Positions 31,351 through 44,300 of a stretch of 64,000 nucleotides of DNA are shown here, in pieces. The notes below the pieces were generated by a model. That model worked only from the letters and a program-made list of their open reading frames with translations. It had not been told where the DNA came from and did no database searches. Every line of letters begins with the position of its first letter. The stretch's first letter is position 1. The position numbers and the translations under genes were made by a program. Source of the stretch: an uncultured Rivularia sp. (lineage in GTDB: Bacteria > Cyanobacteriota > Cyanobacteriia > Cyanobacteriales > Nostocaceae); the NCBI GenBank assembly GCA_963665115.1, contig OY762007.1:1088001-1152000 (forward strand), written 5' to 3'.

Positions 31351-33445
31351 ATGGTAAATTCAACAGACGCTACCACAGTTTATGTCAACCCAGTCACTGG
31401 CAGCGATACCAATAGTGGTTCGAGGTTGTCTCCTTTTAAGAGTCTCACTCGTGCTTTAAATGACTTACGTTCACCTGCTATTGTTCAATTGGCTGATGGA
31501 CTTTATCATGCTGCTAATGGTGAAGTCTTTCCGGTAATTATTCCCAATGGTGTCTGGGTGGTGGGTAATGAAGCAACCAAAGGTCAAAATATTCTAATTG
31601 AAGGAAGCGGCGATTATCAAACTAAAAACTTTGGCTTGCAGAATATTACGTTAATTCTTGCCTCGGATGCTCAATTAATGGGTGTCACTGTTACCAATCC
31701 TATTAATAAGGGAACTGGTGTTTGGATTGACTCAACTTCACCTACTATCGCGAATAATACGTTTATTAAATGCCGTCGGGAAGGAATATTTATTAGCGGT
31801 AATGCTAAACCGGCAATTTTAGATAATGTTTTTGTGCAAAATGCTTCCGCTGGGTTGGTAATGGCGCGTAATGCCAAAGGCGAAATATTGCGAAATGTCA
31901 TGCAACGAAATCCGATTGGTATTGCCATTAGCGATTTTGCCGCTCCTTTGGTAGCTAATAATAAGCTGTCGGAAAACCGTACTGCAATCGCTTTATCTAG
32001 GGAAGCACGTCCGGTACTTCGATACAATCTAATTGCTGATAATTCTTCTGGTGGTTTGCTGCTTAACGGTAATGCCAATCCCGATTTGGGTAGCTCTCAA
32101 GATCCTGCCGGTAATATCTTTCGCGACAATAATGAATACGATATCCAAAATGCTACGTCAATAAAAATAGTCTCGGCGGGTAATTTATTAAATGCGACTT
32201 TGGTAAAAGGATTGGTAGACTTTGTTGCAACTACTGTAGATAATCCCCGAGAGCTAGCCGTCAATAGCAGTTTTCCCGATTTAAACGGACATTGGGCAGC
32301 ACCTTTTATAGAAGCAATATACGAAAAAGGATTGATTAGCGGATTTCCCGACGGTACGTTTGCGCCAGAAGCACCAATTACTCGCGCTCAGTATGCGGCG
32401 ATAGTTTCAAAGACTTTTCAACTACCTTTAAGAAATAAAACTAGAATATTTACCGATATTAATTCTAAGTTTTGGGGCCGCTTCAGCGATTTATCGCGGT
32501 GCCGGTATGGGCTTTATCACCGGCTTTCCCGACGGTTCGTTTCGTCCCAATCAAAATTTAACCAAAGCTCAAGCAATAGTCTCAATAGTTAGCGGTTTAA
32601 AACTCAAGGGCGGAAATCCGAACGTTTTGGCAATGTATGGCGATCGCGCTCAAATTCCCAGTTACGCTACTAATGCAATGGCTATAGCGACACAGAAATT
32701 ATTGGTGGTAAATTATCCGCAAACCGAACAATTAGAGCCTTTACGAGAAACTACCCGCGCTGAAGTGGTGGCGTTAATTTATCAAGCTTTAGTAGCACTG
32801 GGCAAACAAAGAGCCGTAATTTCCCCCTACATCGTCAAACCCGATGGGGATACTATGCCTTCCTTTAGTGATTTGACGGCACATTGGGCCGAACCATTCA
32901 TCCGCAGTTTAGTCAGCCTAGATTTGACTAGTGGCTTCGCTGACGGTACATATCAACCGGATATACCCATGACACGCTCTCAATACGCGGCGTTAATCGT
33001 TAAAGCTTTCAATCCCACACCAAAACGTTTGGTAAATGACTTTTTCGACGTTTCAGTTAATTCCTGGAACTATAAACCCATCAAAGCAGCAGCACAAGCC
33101 GGTTTTGTCGGAGGATTCAGCGACGGTACCTTTCGTCCCCAGGAAAACGTACAGCGACTACAGGTAATTGTCTCCTTAGTCAACGGACTGGCATTAACAG
33201 CAGCTCACGGCTCGGCATTACAAAACTTTACAGATAGCCAAACCCTTCCCAAATATGCGCGGGCGGCTGTTGCAACTGCTACACAGCAGAGAATTGTGGT
33301 AAATTATCCAGACCCCAAGAAAATGGAACCAAAGCGTGAAGCAACCAGAGCTGAAGTAGCAGCTATGGTTTATCAAGCACTGGTAGCCATTAAACGTGTG
33401 TCTCCTATTAACTCGCCCTATATAATTTTTCCTACTGGCCATTGA
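31351..33445 (+). CDS. DUF1565 beta-helix + S-layer homology (SLH) protein (apparent +1 frameshift near 32474-32477)
   Basis: YVNPVTGSD..G....PFKSLTRAL start; repeated GFPDGTFxP/TRA SLH motifs. Removing one G joins the two ORFs (FWAASAIYRGAGMGFITG). Confidence 0.85.
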
Positions 33446-33629
33446 TTAGTAGAATATACTCATCTACAATTCGTAATCTGCCCTCCGGGCTGGCTGCGAA
33501 GATCGTTATTAGCTAGATTTTATCAATTGTGGCGAATGCAACTTTTGTTTAGAGGGAAGCTACCCAAGAAAGACTTATAATACTTGGGAACAGTTCACCG
33601 TATCAAAAGGTACTTTACTTTTTTTAAAG

Positions 33630-34505
33630 ATGGTAGCAGAATATATGCCCATCACCTCCAGTTTCCAACCCATGTTCACTCAAGCATCGAACGTGACTAA
33701 CAACTTGGCAGTATCGCTATTAACACATTATAGTTTTGACCTCGGTGGATATAGCGCCAGCGAGTTGGTTAAACGTTGGGAAAATCAATATCCCTCGAAC
33801 TGGGTACATTTGGCAATAATCGAGGCTTTATACCAAGGGCGTTATAAAGCAGTTTCGGCACAGCAAATATTAACTCTTTGGTTGAGAAGGAATCATCCCA
33901 GCTACCATTTCAACATGGAGTTTGAACGATTAATTTGCAACAAGCTGCCCGAAGATTTGAAATGGAATAACAGCTTGCCACCGCTGCCACCAGCATTACC
34001 AAGCGTAGGTAGCAGCAATCCTACGATCGAAGACGTAATGAGGAACTACGAATCCTCCAATTCCTCATATTACAGAAATCTCGAAACAGAGCAAGTCGTA
34101 GAAAAGCCTGTTGAAGAAGACAATTACCATACAGCAGAATTAGCGAGTACGGCATCCGAAGATTCCATTGCTAGAAACCCATCAAAAGTACTTCCCACTT
34201 CAACTAGCATGGTTTTCGTACCCAACACGCAATCTCAGGCATCCGTCACCCGCAGTACCGCATCAAGAACTTTAACAGAAACGAAATATTATATTGAGAA
34301 AAATTCCGAATTTAAGAAATTCAAGGAATTAAAGCAATCTGAAGAATCACAACAATTAGAACAATCAGAAAAAGCTTTCATTTCCGAAAAGCGAGTAAAA
34401 CTTCTCCCCCCAGAAAGGAATCATCCACCCATCGAACAATTTACCCCAGACAAGAGTGATTCGAGCGACAGCTTTACCTCGAAGTTGAAAGGGGTGATGG
34501 GGTGA
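33630..34505 (+). CDS. Conserved cyanobacterial hypothetical protein
   Basis: LLTHYSFDL...IEALYQGRYKAVS.QQIL motif; low-complexity C-terminal half. Confidence 0.75.
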   Translation: MVAEYMPITSSFQPMFTQASNVTNNLAVSLLTHYSFDLGGYSASELVKRWENQYPSNWVHLAIIEALYQGRYKAVSAQQILTLWLRRNHPSYHFNMEFERLICNKLPEDLKWNNSLPPLPPALPSVGSSNPTIEDVMRNYESSNSSYYRNLETEQVVEKPVEEDNYHTAELASTASEDSIARNPSKVLPTSTSMVFVPNTQSQASVTRSTASRTLTETKYYIEKNSEFKKFKELKQSEESQQLEQSEKAFISEKRVKLLPPERNHPPIEQFTPDKSDSSDSFTSKLKGVMG

Positions 34506-34511
34506 GGGGGA

Positions 34512-34860
34512 GATTATTAAAGTAGTAAGTAGTAAGTAGTAAGTAGTGAGTAGTGAGTAGTGAGTAGTGAGTAGTGAGTAGTAAGTAGTGAGTAGTGAGT
34601 AATAAGTAATAAGTAATAAGTAATAAGTAATAAGTAATAAGTAGGGAGTAAAAATAGACGGGCAGCTATGAGCGACATTTATGACAATAATAAAAAGTGA
34701 TTTACTTGCTACTCCCTACTTGCTACTCCCTACTTGCTACTCCCTACTTGCTACTTGCTACTTGCTACTTGCTACTTGCTACTTGCTACTTGCTACTTGC
34801 TACTTGCTACTTGCTACTTGCTACTTGCTACTTGCTACTTGCTACTTGCTACTTGCTACT
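34512..34860. repeat. Composite STRR element with expanded arms, including (CTACTTG)n
   Basis: Same end and core as 19186-19338 with much longer heptamer arms; lies between convergent genes. Confidence 0.85.
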
Positions 34861-36449
34861 CTTCAATTCTGGCTTTCAATCCGTTGTTTTTGAATATTTT
34901 TACTAAGTTATTGGCTTTGCCGCGATTATCGAATATTCCTGCTTGCATGACTCTTCTTCCACGTCTGTTGGTGCGGAATGCGTCGGGTACGATGAATTTT
35001 ACTAGTTCCTGCTGTTTTGGGGTAACTGCTTCGACTATCACCCGGTAGCGCAAATCTGTTCGTGTTGCTGTTGCTTGCCTTTGCGGTGGATTGCTTCGTA
35101 CTCTGGGTGCTGGCATATTTATGTTGCCATTTTGAGTTACGGGAATTCTAGCTGTAGGTACGGCTAAAAGGGCTGATTCTCCTGTAGGGGCTGGTTGTAA
35201 TGTTGGTAATGATGGTGTATTCGCTGGAATCTGTGATGCTTGTGGTGCAACAAATTCGATTGTATCTGGCTGCACCTGCACGAAATTTAATTGTTGTTCT
35301 GTTTTTGGTGTTGCTGGTTTTGGCAAAGAAGCGGTATTTTGACGGATTGCTCTGGGTTTGAGTAATGTTGGCGATGTACGCCTTGGTTGTTGAGATATTT
35401 GAGCCGTTGCTTTTGCTGGTGCTGCCGTTGCTGTTAAGTTGACAATTCCTGCAATGCGACTTTCGGTTAATGTGTTGCCGTAAGCAGCTACTTCTTGTTT
35501 GGCGGCTTCGGCGTTGATATCGTAGCGCCCGTTAGCGTTAAATTGATTGCCGCCTGGATTGGATGAATTACCTAAATCTGGTGATGCTTTAGCTATTACG
35601 ACTAAGCCGTCTTCTTTGTTGTTAAAGATAGAATTATTTCGCAAAACAGGGCGAGAAGCAGCTTGAACTACAACGCCGGTTCTATTTTGTGAAATTTTGT
35701 TGCTAATTATTTGAGGAGATGCATTTTGGGCAATATTTATCCCAAAGCCGGTATCTTGAAAGGTATTTCCCTTGATTTTGGGTTGAGATTTTCCTGAAAC
35801 TGTAATCCCATTTGCGCCATTCTGATAAAAATAATTGTTGTGAATTTTGGGGGCAGCTTTACCAGTTACTGCAACTCCATCTTGGGTAGAAACCTGCAAA
35901 GGTGTTGTTTTCCACTACTGGTTGGCTTGATTCAATCCACATACCGTAACCGCGAGGATTGGGATTCATTACCGTTACACCAGCTAATTTAGCCTTGCCA
36001 GTAGCAACAATCCCAATGTTTTTACTGCCGTAATAGCGGCTGAGATATTCACCACCCCCTTGAATGATAATTTCTTTACCTTGACTACCGATATCTCCTT
36101 GAATAGAAACGCCTTTTTTGAGGATTAAGGGAAATTGTTCTCCCGTTTCAGCGCTGTAAGTACCTTTGGCAAGTCGAATTACCGTATTATCCTTAGCAAT
36201 TTGTAATGCTTGAGTAATTGTTTTTAACGGAGTATTTTCGCTGCCATTTGTCTTTTGGTCATTTCCGACACTTGGGTTGACAAACAGTACATTAACCTGA
36301 GAAATTGAGTTCTCACTGAGGATTAAATCCTCTGACATTGACGATATCTGAGCGACGGCAATATTTGAGCTTGTGCTTGGTAAAGCCGTAGTAATGGTGG
36401 TTAAACCAACCGTAAGAAATAAGACGGAATAGATAGAAGAAGTACGCAT
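34856..36449 (-). CDS. DUF1565 beta-helix protein (apparent +1 frameshift near 35889-35892)
   Basis: FVNPSVGND..NGSE..PLKTITQAL. Removing one T gives NNTFAG-STQDGV, joining the two ORFs. Confidence 0.82.
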
Positions 36450-36901
36450 ATGAGATTCTAGGTAGGAAATACGATTGAAATGCTTTGATAATCTACTTTA
36501 GCGGCGGAATATGATTTGTCTTGAATTGAGATAGATGAGAATTTTTAAGTTTTTTTTTACACTTTTCCCATCTAAAATTTTCAAAAAACTTTAGATTTTA
36601 GATTTTAGATTTTAGATTTTAGATTTTAGATTAAATTATCAATGGTTTCAAACTCCTAGCTTCAGCTATGGAAAAATCTAAAATCGTCAATCCAAAATTG
36701 GCTAACTGTCTCCGGGTGTATTCTAGATTTTAATTTATAAAAACAAGTATATTGTGATACATTTTTGGTGGATTTGAATTAAACATAGCCATCGATTCAC
36801 AATCTGAAATTGCAAAGCCGAAATACCATGAACACGGTATTACTTTTAATACAAGGCAATTTAAGAAAAAAATCAACGATGAAAACAACATTATTAGAAA
36901 A

Positions 36902-38033
36902 ATGAAACAGGCTGACTGTTACGATGAAAGCAATAATGGAGTTGTTGTAATGGTCGAGCCATACAGCCAGAAAGAACAAGTACAGCAAGTTGTTCTGCGA
37001 ATATTAGATGCGAATTTAGACCGTACTCGTGAAGGTTTGCGGATTATCGAGGAATGGTGTCGCTTTGGTTTAAACAATAGCGAATTTACTCGGGAATGCA
37101 AGCACTTACGCCAAGAGGTTGCTAAATGGCATACAGCCGACTTAAGAGCGGCTCGGGATACACCAGGTGATACGGGTACGGAATTAAGCCATCCGCAAGA
37201 AGAACAGCGTGAAAGCGTCAATTCCTTGTTGCAGGCTAACTTCTGTCGGGTAGAAGAAGCTGTACGGGTGCTTGAAGAATACGGAAAGCTTTATAGTGTC
37301 GGTATGGGTAAAGCATTTAAGCAAATTCGCTATCGAGTTTATACGCTCGAAAGTAATTTGATGGGTTTTGCTCGATACCAGCAACTTTTGCGATCGCGCT
37401 TGTATTTAGTCACCTCGGCAAGCGAACATTTACTGGAGTCTGTAGAAGCAGCACTCAAAGGTGGGTTAACGCTGGTACAGTATCGCGAAAAGACAGCCGA
37501 TGATACTGTTCGTTTAGAACAAGCTAGGAAACTTTGTCAACTATGTCACGATTATGATGCATTATTTTTGGTCAACGACCGTATAGACTTAGCTTTAGCT
37601 GTAGATGCCGATGGCGTGCATTTAGGACAACAAGATATGCCCATATCCGTAGCTCGCGATTTACTTGGTCCTCATAGGTTGATAGGTCGTTCTACCACAA
37701 ATAGTGACGAAATGCAAAGGGCAATTACCGAGGGTGCCGATTATGTTGGTGTGGGGGCCAGTATACGAAACTCCGACAAAAGAAGGTAAACCAGCAGTTG
37801 GTTTGCAATATGTCAGCTATGCCGCAAAAAATTGTCCGATACCCTGGTTTGCGATTGGTGGAATAGATCCCAATAATCTTAATGATGTGGTAGAAATTGG
37901 AGCGAGTCGCGTAGCGGTAGTGCGAAGCATCATGCAAGCAGAACAACCAACTTTAGTCACGCAATATTTTTTATCTCAACTGCACCGAGTTCAAACAGTA
38001 ACTAGTAAATCAAAGGTGTATGAACAGTCTTGA
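36902..38033 (+). CDS. thiE: Thiamine-phosphate synthase, cyanobacterial long form (apparent +1 frameshift near 37753-37757)
   Basis: RILDANLDR N-domain, QYREK, NDRIDLA, GVHLGQQD and AIGGI. gtgggggcca should read VGP. Start at 36902 or 36950. Confidence 0.93.
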
Positions 38034-38229
38034 ATTGCAAGTAAACGGAGAAACCCGCACCTGTTTTGAGAAAACAAATTTACCAGGCTTGCTCGTGCAA
38101 TTAGGATATAATCCTCGTCTTGTTGCTGTCGAGTATAATGGCGAAATTTTGCATCGTCAATATTGGGAAGATACAAGAATACAGCCAAATGACCGTTTGG
38201 AAATAGTTACTATTGTTGGGGGGGGGTGA
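38020..38229 (+). CDS. thiS: Sulfur carrier protein ThiS
   Basis: VAVEYNGEI and EIVTIVGGG C-terminus; overlaps thiE. Confidence 0.95.
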   Translation: MNSLELQVNGETRTCFEKTNLPGLLVQLGYNPRLVAVEYNGEILHRQYWEDTRIQPNDRLEIVTIVGGG

Positions 38230-38265
38230 ATCAATTATCAATTATCAATTATCATTTATCATTTT

Positions 38266-38333
38266 GTAGGGTGCATTACGGCATGAGTTAATTTGAATTG
38301 AAGCGATGAATTTAAATATGCCGTAACGCACCA
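38266..38333. repeat. REP-like palindrome (GTAGGGTGC...GCACCA)
   Basis: ggtgcattacggcat...atgccgtaacgcacc stem. Confidence 0.65.
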
Positions 38334-38513
38334 TTCTTTTATTCTTATAAAAACTTTAAGCTTCAACAACACGATTCCACCTTCAGGGCAATACTACCTG
38401 AAGAAGTAATAGCTAATGCGAGTCTTGGAAATACACATCCACCATTTTTGAAATCTTTGCCAAGCGGATTTTTTTCAATCTGCACAAAAGCTTGTCCGTG
38501 TAATTCTGATTGT

Positions 38514-39122
38514 TTACTGTGCTGCTTTCTCTAAGCAATTCACTAAGATACCCATTATCTTCCCCAGGTTATCAATATAATATTCCTGATTGTCAATATA
38601 AACGGTCTTCTCTTCTAACTTTAAAAACAACCAGGAAGTTCCAGTTGTAACTACTCCGTAAATCGTTGACAGATGATTATCTTGCTTTTTGTTAAAAATT
38701 TGTGCTGCTACCATTTCGGCTATGCACTGCCCTATCCCCGACGTAATTAAATCGTTTTTAGCTTCAACTAACGTCACAACAGGAGAACTTATTGCGTACA
38801 TTTCCTCACTCAATGTAATCAAAAAATCAACATAACCAGTCAAGCCTAAAGAAATATCAACATTAAAAAGACTCCCAGAAAATAAACTGATTTTTCTGAA
38901 AAGAATTTTTCTAATTTCTACCAATATTGGAATTACCAATAATTCAGACTTGGCTTTTTCTGTACTTATTGCCCTCGCTAATGGTAGGTATTCTTCTAAC
39001 AATTCGATTAATAAAGCAGTTGGTTCTATACTGCCAACATCTTTGAACAAGTTTTCTGACTCGACTGTAACTAAATCAAAATCCTTCTTAACTTTACTTA
39101 AAGTGAAATTATTGTACGCCAT
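38514..39122 (-). CDS. Putative PD-(D/E)xK restriction-fold protein
   Basis: SEKAKSE, GYVDFLI, LVEAKN, GIGQCIAEM and YGVVTTG motifs. Confidence 0.65.
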   Translation of the reverse strand: MAYNNFTLSKVKKDFDLVTVESENLFKDVGSIEPTALLIELLEEYLPLARAISTEKAKSELLVIPILVEIRKILFRKISLFSGSLFNVDISLGLTGYVDFLITLSEEMYAISSPVVTLVEAKNDLITSGIGQCIAEMVAAQIFNKKQDNHLSTIYGVVTTGTSWLFLKLEEKTVYIDNQEYYIDNLGKIMGILVNCLEKAAQ

Positions 39123-39199
39123 CTTAAATCAGGGAGAGTTGGTAATTGATAATTGGTAATTGGTAATTGTTAATTGGTAATTGGTAATGGGTTCTCTCT

Positions 39200-40813
39200 T
39201 CAATACGCTATGTTTTTGATGATGTTTTTTATTGTTTTCGGTAAATTACTCAGTCGATTCCCACGTAAGTTGAGGATTTGTAAATTGGTGAGTTGTCCTA
39301 TTTCTGCTGGTAAACTACTCAGTTGATTATTATGAAGGTAGAGAACTTGCAAATTGGTGAGTTGTCCTATTTCTGCTGGTAAACTACTCAGTTTATTCTG
39401 TGAGAGGTAGAGGGATTGCAAATTGGTGAGTTGTCCTATTTCTGCTGGTAAACTACTTAGTTGATTAGCGTTGAGGCAGAGGGATTGCAAATTGCTAAGT
39501 TGTCCTATTTCTGCTGGTAAACTACTCAGTTGATTCTGTGAGAGGTTGAGGGATTGCAAATTGATGAGTTGGGCAATTTCTGCTGGAAAACTACCCAGCT
39601 TATTGTATTCGAGGTAGAGGGATTGCAAATTTGTGAGTTGTCCAATTTCTACTGGTAAATTACTCAGTTTGTTATAGCTGAGGTCGAGGGATTGCAAATT
39701 GGTGAGTTGTCCTATTTCTGCTGGTAAACTACTCAGTTGATTACTGCTGAGTTCGAGGGATTGCAAATTTGTGAGCTGTCCTATTTCTACTGGTAAACTA
39801 CTTAGTTGATTTCTTATGAGTTCGAGGGATTGCAAATTGGTGAGTTGAACAATTTCTGCTGGTAAACTACTCAGTTGATTGAAACCGAGGTTGAGGAATT
39901 GTAAATTGGTGAGTTGTCCAATTTCTGCTGGTAAACTACTTAGTTGAGTGTTCCAGAGGTGGAGGGATTGTAAATTGGTGAGTTGGACTATTACTTCTGG
40001 TAAACTACTCAGTTTATTTCCACTGAGGTGGAGGGTTTGTAAGTTGGTGAGTTGGACTATTTCTGCTGGTAAGCTACTCAGTTGATTACCGTTGAGGTGG
40101 AGGGATTGTAAATTGGTGAGTTGGACTATTTCTGCTGGTAAACTACTCAGTCGATTACCAACGAGGTGAAGGGATTGCAAATTGGTGAGTTGGACAATTT
40201 CTGCCGGTAAACTACTCAGTCGATTACCACCGAGGTGGAGGGATTGCAAATTGGTGAGTTGGGCAATTTCTGCTGGTAAACTACTTAGTTGAGTGTTGCT
40301 GAGGTGGAGGGATTGCAAATTGGTGAGTTGGACAATTTCTGCTGGTAAGCTACTCAGTTGAGTGTTGCTGAGGTGGAGGGATTGCAAATTGGTGAGTTGG
40401 ACAATTTCTGCTGGTAAACTACTTAGTTGATTACCACCGAGGTCGAGGGATTGTAAATTAGTGAGTTGTCCAATTTCTGCTGGTAAACGACTCAGTTTGT
40501 TATCGCTGAGGTCGAGGGATTGTAAATTAGTGAGTTGTGCTATTTGTGCTGGTAAACTACTTAGTTGGTTGTAGCAAAGCTTGAGAAATTGCAAATTGGT
40601 GAGTTGTCCTATTTCTTTCGGTAACTCCCTCAATTGGTTGTCCATATAACGATCGTTTGTTTCATCGTATTTACCCAGAATCAACTTCTTAAGGTGAGTT
40701 AACTTACCAATTTCAGCAGGTAAAGCAGTTAACTCTTTACCAGAAAGGTCTAATTCCGTCCATCCCTCTGCTGCTGCTTGTTCGATTATCTCTAGCAATT
40801 CTTTCTCAGTCAT
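39200..40813 (-). CDS. LRR-only protein with 20 near-identical 23-aa LRRs
   Basis: LTNLQSLxLxxNxLSSLPAEIxQ repeats. Start MTEKELL at 40813, by homology to the upstream paralogue. Confidence 0.92.
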   Translation of the reverse strand: MTEKELLEIIEQAAAEGWTELDLSGKELTALPAEIGKLTHLKKLILGKYDETNDRYMDNQLRELPKEIGQLTNLQFLKLCYNQLSSLPAQIAQLTNLQSLDLSDNKLSRLPAEIGQLTNLQSLDLGGNQLSSLPAEIVQLTNLQSLHLSNTQLSSLPAEIVQLTNLQSLHLSNTQLSSLPAEIAQLTNLQSLHLGGNRLSSLPAEIVQLTNLQSLHLVGNRLSSLPAEIVQLTNLQSLHLNGNQLSSLPAEIVQLTNLQTLHLSGNKLSSLPEVIVQLTNLQSLHLWNTQLSSLPAEIGQLTNLQFLNLGFNQLSSLPAEIVQLTNLQSLELIRNQLSSLPVEIGQLTNLQSLELSSNQLSSLPAEIGQLTNLQSLDLSYNKLSNLPVEIGQLTNLQSLYLEYNKLGSFPAEIAQLINLQSLNLSQNQLSSLPAEIGQLSNLQSLCLNANQLSSLPAEIGQLTNLQSLYLSQNKLSSLPAEIGQLTNLQVLYLHNNQLSSLPAEIGQLTNLQILNLRGNRLSNLPKTIKNIIKNIAY

Positions 40814-40884
40814 CAGCCAGCGCTCATAATAGATTAGACACAATATGTAATAGGATTAATTTAATAGAACTTATTCACTTTTTA

Positions 40885-41313
40885 TTACTGTGCTGCTTTC
40901 TCTAAGCAATTCACTAAGATACCCATTATCTTCCCCAGGTTATCAATATAATATTCCTGATTGTCAATATAAACGGTCTTATCTTCTAACTTTAAAAACA
41001 ACAACGTAATCAAAAAATCAACATAACCAGTCAAGCCCAAAAAAATATCAACATTAAAAAGACTCCCAGAAAATAAACTGATTTTTCTGAAAAGAATTTT
41101 TCTAATTTCTACCAATATTGGAATTACCAATAATTCAGACTTGGCTTTTTCTGTACTTATTGCTCTCGCTAATGGTAAGTATTCTTCTAACAATTCGATT
41201 AATAAAGCAGTTGGTTCTATACTGCCAACATCTTTAAACAAGTTTTCTGACTCAACTGTAACTAAATCAAAATCCTTCTTAACTTTACTTAAAGTGAAAT
41301 TGTTGTACGCCAT
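40885..41313 (-). pseudogene. Duplicate of 38514-39122 with in-frame 180-bp deletion
   Basis: Near-identical DNA; lacks the 60 aa between FLITL and LFLKLE, including VEAK. Confidence 0.8.
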
Positions 41314-41392
41314 ATTAAATGAGGGAGAGTTGATAATTGATAATTGATAATTGATAATTGATAATTGAAACGAAGCCCAAAAATCAACTTTA

Positions 41393-44300
41393 TCAAGAAT
41401 TTTGTTTCAATCCATCTAAAATTATTCCATCTTTAGCTCGCATATAAAGTACTGGTGTACCAAAGTCGCGTTTATCTAATCCCACATCTTGAGAAATAGC
41501 ATTGCGGGTTGATTGAATGGCTGCATCTACGGGATTCCCTTGCGCTAAGTTACGGTAAAATTCGTCTGCGAAAAGTTTTGCTGTAGAATCAAGAATCGTA
41601 TATTGCATCGCTACTACTGCGGGGATTCCACGACGCACAAGATTGGATACCGTACCTGCGAAAGCTTGATTTGCTGATACTGTAGCACTACGACAGCAAT
41701 TTAGAATAACTAACCCCAAATTGCGATCGCCTAAAAAGAAGTTGGCGAAATTTTCATCATCTAATAATTTAGCTTTACCATTTTCATCAACAAAATAAAT
41801 GTAGCCTTTGTTGCTCTCAAAATCACCATGTCCGATGAAGTGAAAAACGTTGTAAGGCTTATCGCGCAGCTTTTGTCTAATATTGCTGGTGGTAGCTTCT
41901 TTTAATACATCTAATTCTATTTTCCCTGTGTCTATATGTTTTTTCAGTGCTTCGCGAATTAGCTTTTCTTCACCATTTGCGTCTAATGTGGCTAAATCAG
42001 TAGGAGTAGAGATGACTAACAGGACTTTCAAAGGTAAACTAGCGGCTTTGATTTCGCGTTTTTTTAGGGGAACATCAATATAGCGGGAGAGTACGGTTTG
42101 AGTGTCGTTTCCTAAAAAAGTGTTGGTTCTTTCATAGTAAAGGAATTCCCAAGGTAATGAAGCTAATTCGGGAGATTCAAATATTAAACGCAAACGAACG
42201 CTGTGTTTGTTCTCTTGTGCGGCTGCTACTGTAGCTTTGAATTGAGCATTAATATCGTTGGGAAACAATGCTTGATAGAGTTTTTGACCTAATCCTTTTA
42301 GTAATCCGCTATTGGTTTTTTTGAATTCAATTAATTGTAAAGTCAGATTAATTTCGTTAATATCCAAGCGTAATTCTCCAGATTCATCACCTTGTTCTGA
42401 GGAAGCGCGAATATTATTATTTTTATCAACTAATATTTGAAAATCTTGGTAGTTATAATTCATTGTGTTTTGATTTTGATTAAAAGATTTCTCTTTCTCG
42501 CTTTCTAATTGCTGTTGTAATTGTGTATTTTGGATTTGCGACAAATTCACATCGTCAATCAATCTTCTGACATCTACCATTTCATAGCTATTCCCACACT
42601 CAATCTGAAATTTGCTCTTGCTTAAACGTTTACGCAAATCTTCTAAAGCATAAGCAAAAGGATTTTCACTTTCTACACATTCTCGACAGTTACAGGGAAC
42701 CCAAGTTTTATATTGTAAACGCTCAAAAGAATTATGGATTTTTTCTAATTCATGGGTGACGACTGCGAGCAATTCTTTTTTACGGCTTCCCGATACCCTT
42801 ACTTTAATTTCCTTTTGATTATAATTTTCGATGACTTCAGCGCGAGTTTCGTCTTTGTTGAGAACAACTCCGCTTCTCCAAACGAGTTTTTGTTCTTCTA
42901 TAAAAGGATGTGTTTCTACAATAAAACGGGTGAGAATCCCTTTGGGCATGAATTTGTATTCGTAGCGCAAAATGAGATTATGGGATTTATCCGGGTTGTA
43001 TTCGTCTGGTGGATCGATTTTGAGTAATTGTGGTGCAATGTACTTACCGGGATTATTCGGAATTGGATAGCAAAGTTTAAACTGCATCATTAATTGCAGC
43101 AGTTTCATCTTGCATATCGCTGTATTCGCGATCTTTCCAAATATCAGCGAGTTCTTCTTTGGTAAAACATCCCCGATTATTTATGACGGTTTTATTATCT
43201 AATACCTTATAAACCGCAGTTGTCGCCCATTCGGGTTTGAGTATTACATAATGTTTTAATGTCGGATCATCTTGGAAGTGCAAACAAACGCCCAAATCGT
43301 GTAAAAAGCTACTCAGCCGTAACATATCTTTACGGTCAGTTAATTGATTAATTTTACAAAATTCGTAATATTCATGAAGCTCGATGTAATTGCGAGAATA
43401 ATTATCTAAAGCTGCTCGCACTCTCACCCAAATTTTTGGTAAAGGTGATTTATCTCCAATGTGATCGAGATTGCTGATGTAGTTTTGAATCTTATCTTTA
43501 ATTTCTGCTAAACCGCGATTTGTTTCTAAATTAGTTGCTAAAACTTCTTTTAAATGTAAAAATTCCGATCGTAACTGTCGTTCATTGACTTCACACTGAC
43601 GGTTTTGTTTTTCGTTTTTGATAATCAAAATCGGGCTATTCTCACTTAAAAGTTCTGCAACCTTCATCCACCAGTAAAAGTCAGTGTTTTCTCTGCGAGT
43701 ATCAGCAACTAAAACATAAAGAGAACGTTTAGTGAGGAAAAACTGGTGGGTTTGATGATAGATTTCTTGTCCGCCAAAATCCCAGATATTAACGCGAAAT
43801 TCTTTACCATTGGGTTGTGTAAATTTCCACTGAATTACATCAATTCCTTCCGTTGATTCCTCATTTGATTTAAGTTCGTAGTCTTCATCTTCAATTTTCT
43901 TAGCTAAAGAGGTTTTACCCGCTCCTCCTTCCCCAATAATTAATAATTTTGCTTCGTAGAGAGGTTCTGTTTCTGATGGATCTTGTATTCGGAAATAGAA
44001 ATCAAGGATTTCCGAGACATCTCCTGGATCTTCCAATAAATCTTTTGGTCCTAAAATTTCCGGTGGAATGGGGACTGGATTCCTGCGTAAATCGAGTTTT
44101 TTAAGTTTGGTGAGTTTTTTAATTGTTTCTGGTAAACTACTCAGTTGATTGCCACCGAGGTGGAGGGATTGCAAATTGGTGAGTTGGACAATTTCTGCTG
44201 GTAAACTACTCAGTTGATTGCCACCGAGGTGGAGGGATTGCAAATTGGTGAGTTGGACAATTTCTGCTGGTAAACTACTCAGTTGATTGTTGTAGAGGTA

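Noticed and set aside
36450..36950. TPP riboswitch upstream of thiE
   Set aside because: No recognisable CTGAGA...CCTGA core is visible.
38360..38512. Short coding-like minus-strand stretch after the nuclease-like gene
   Set aside because: No start codon and no recognisable family; cannot be supported as a gene.
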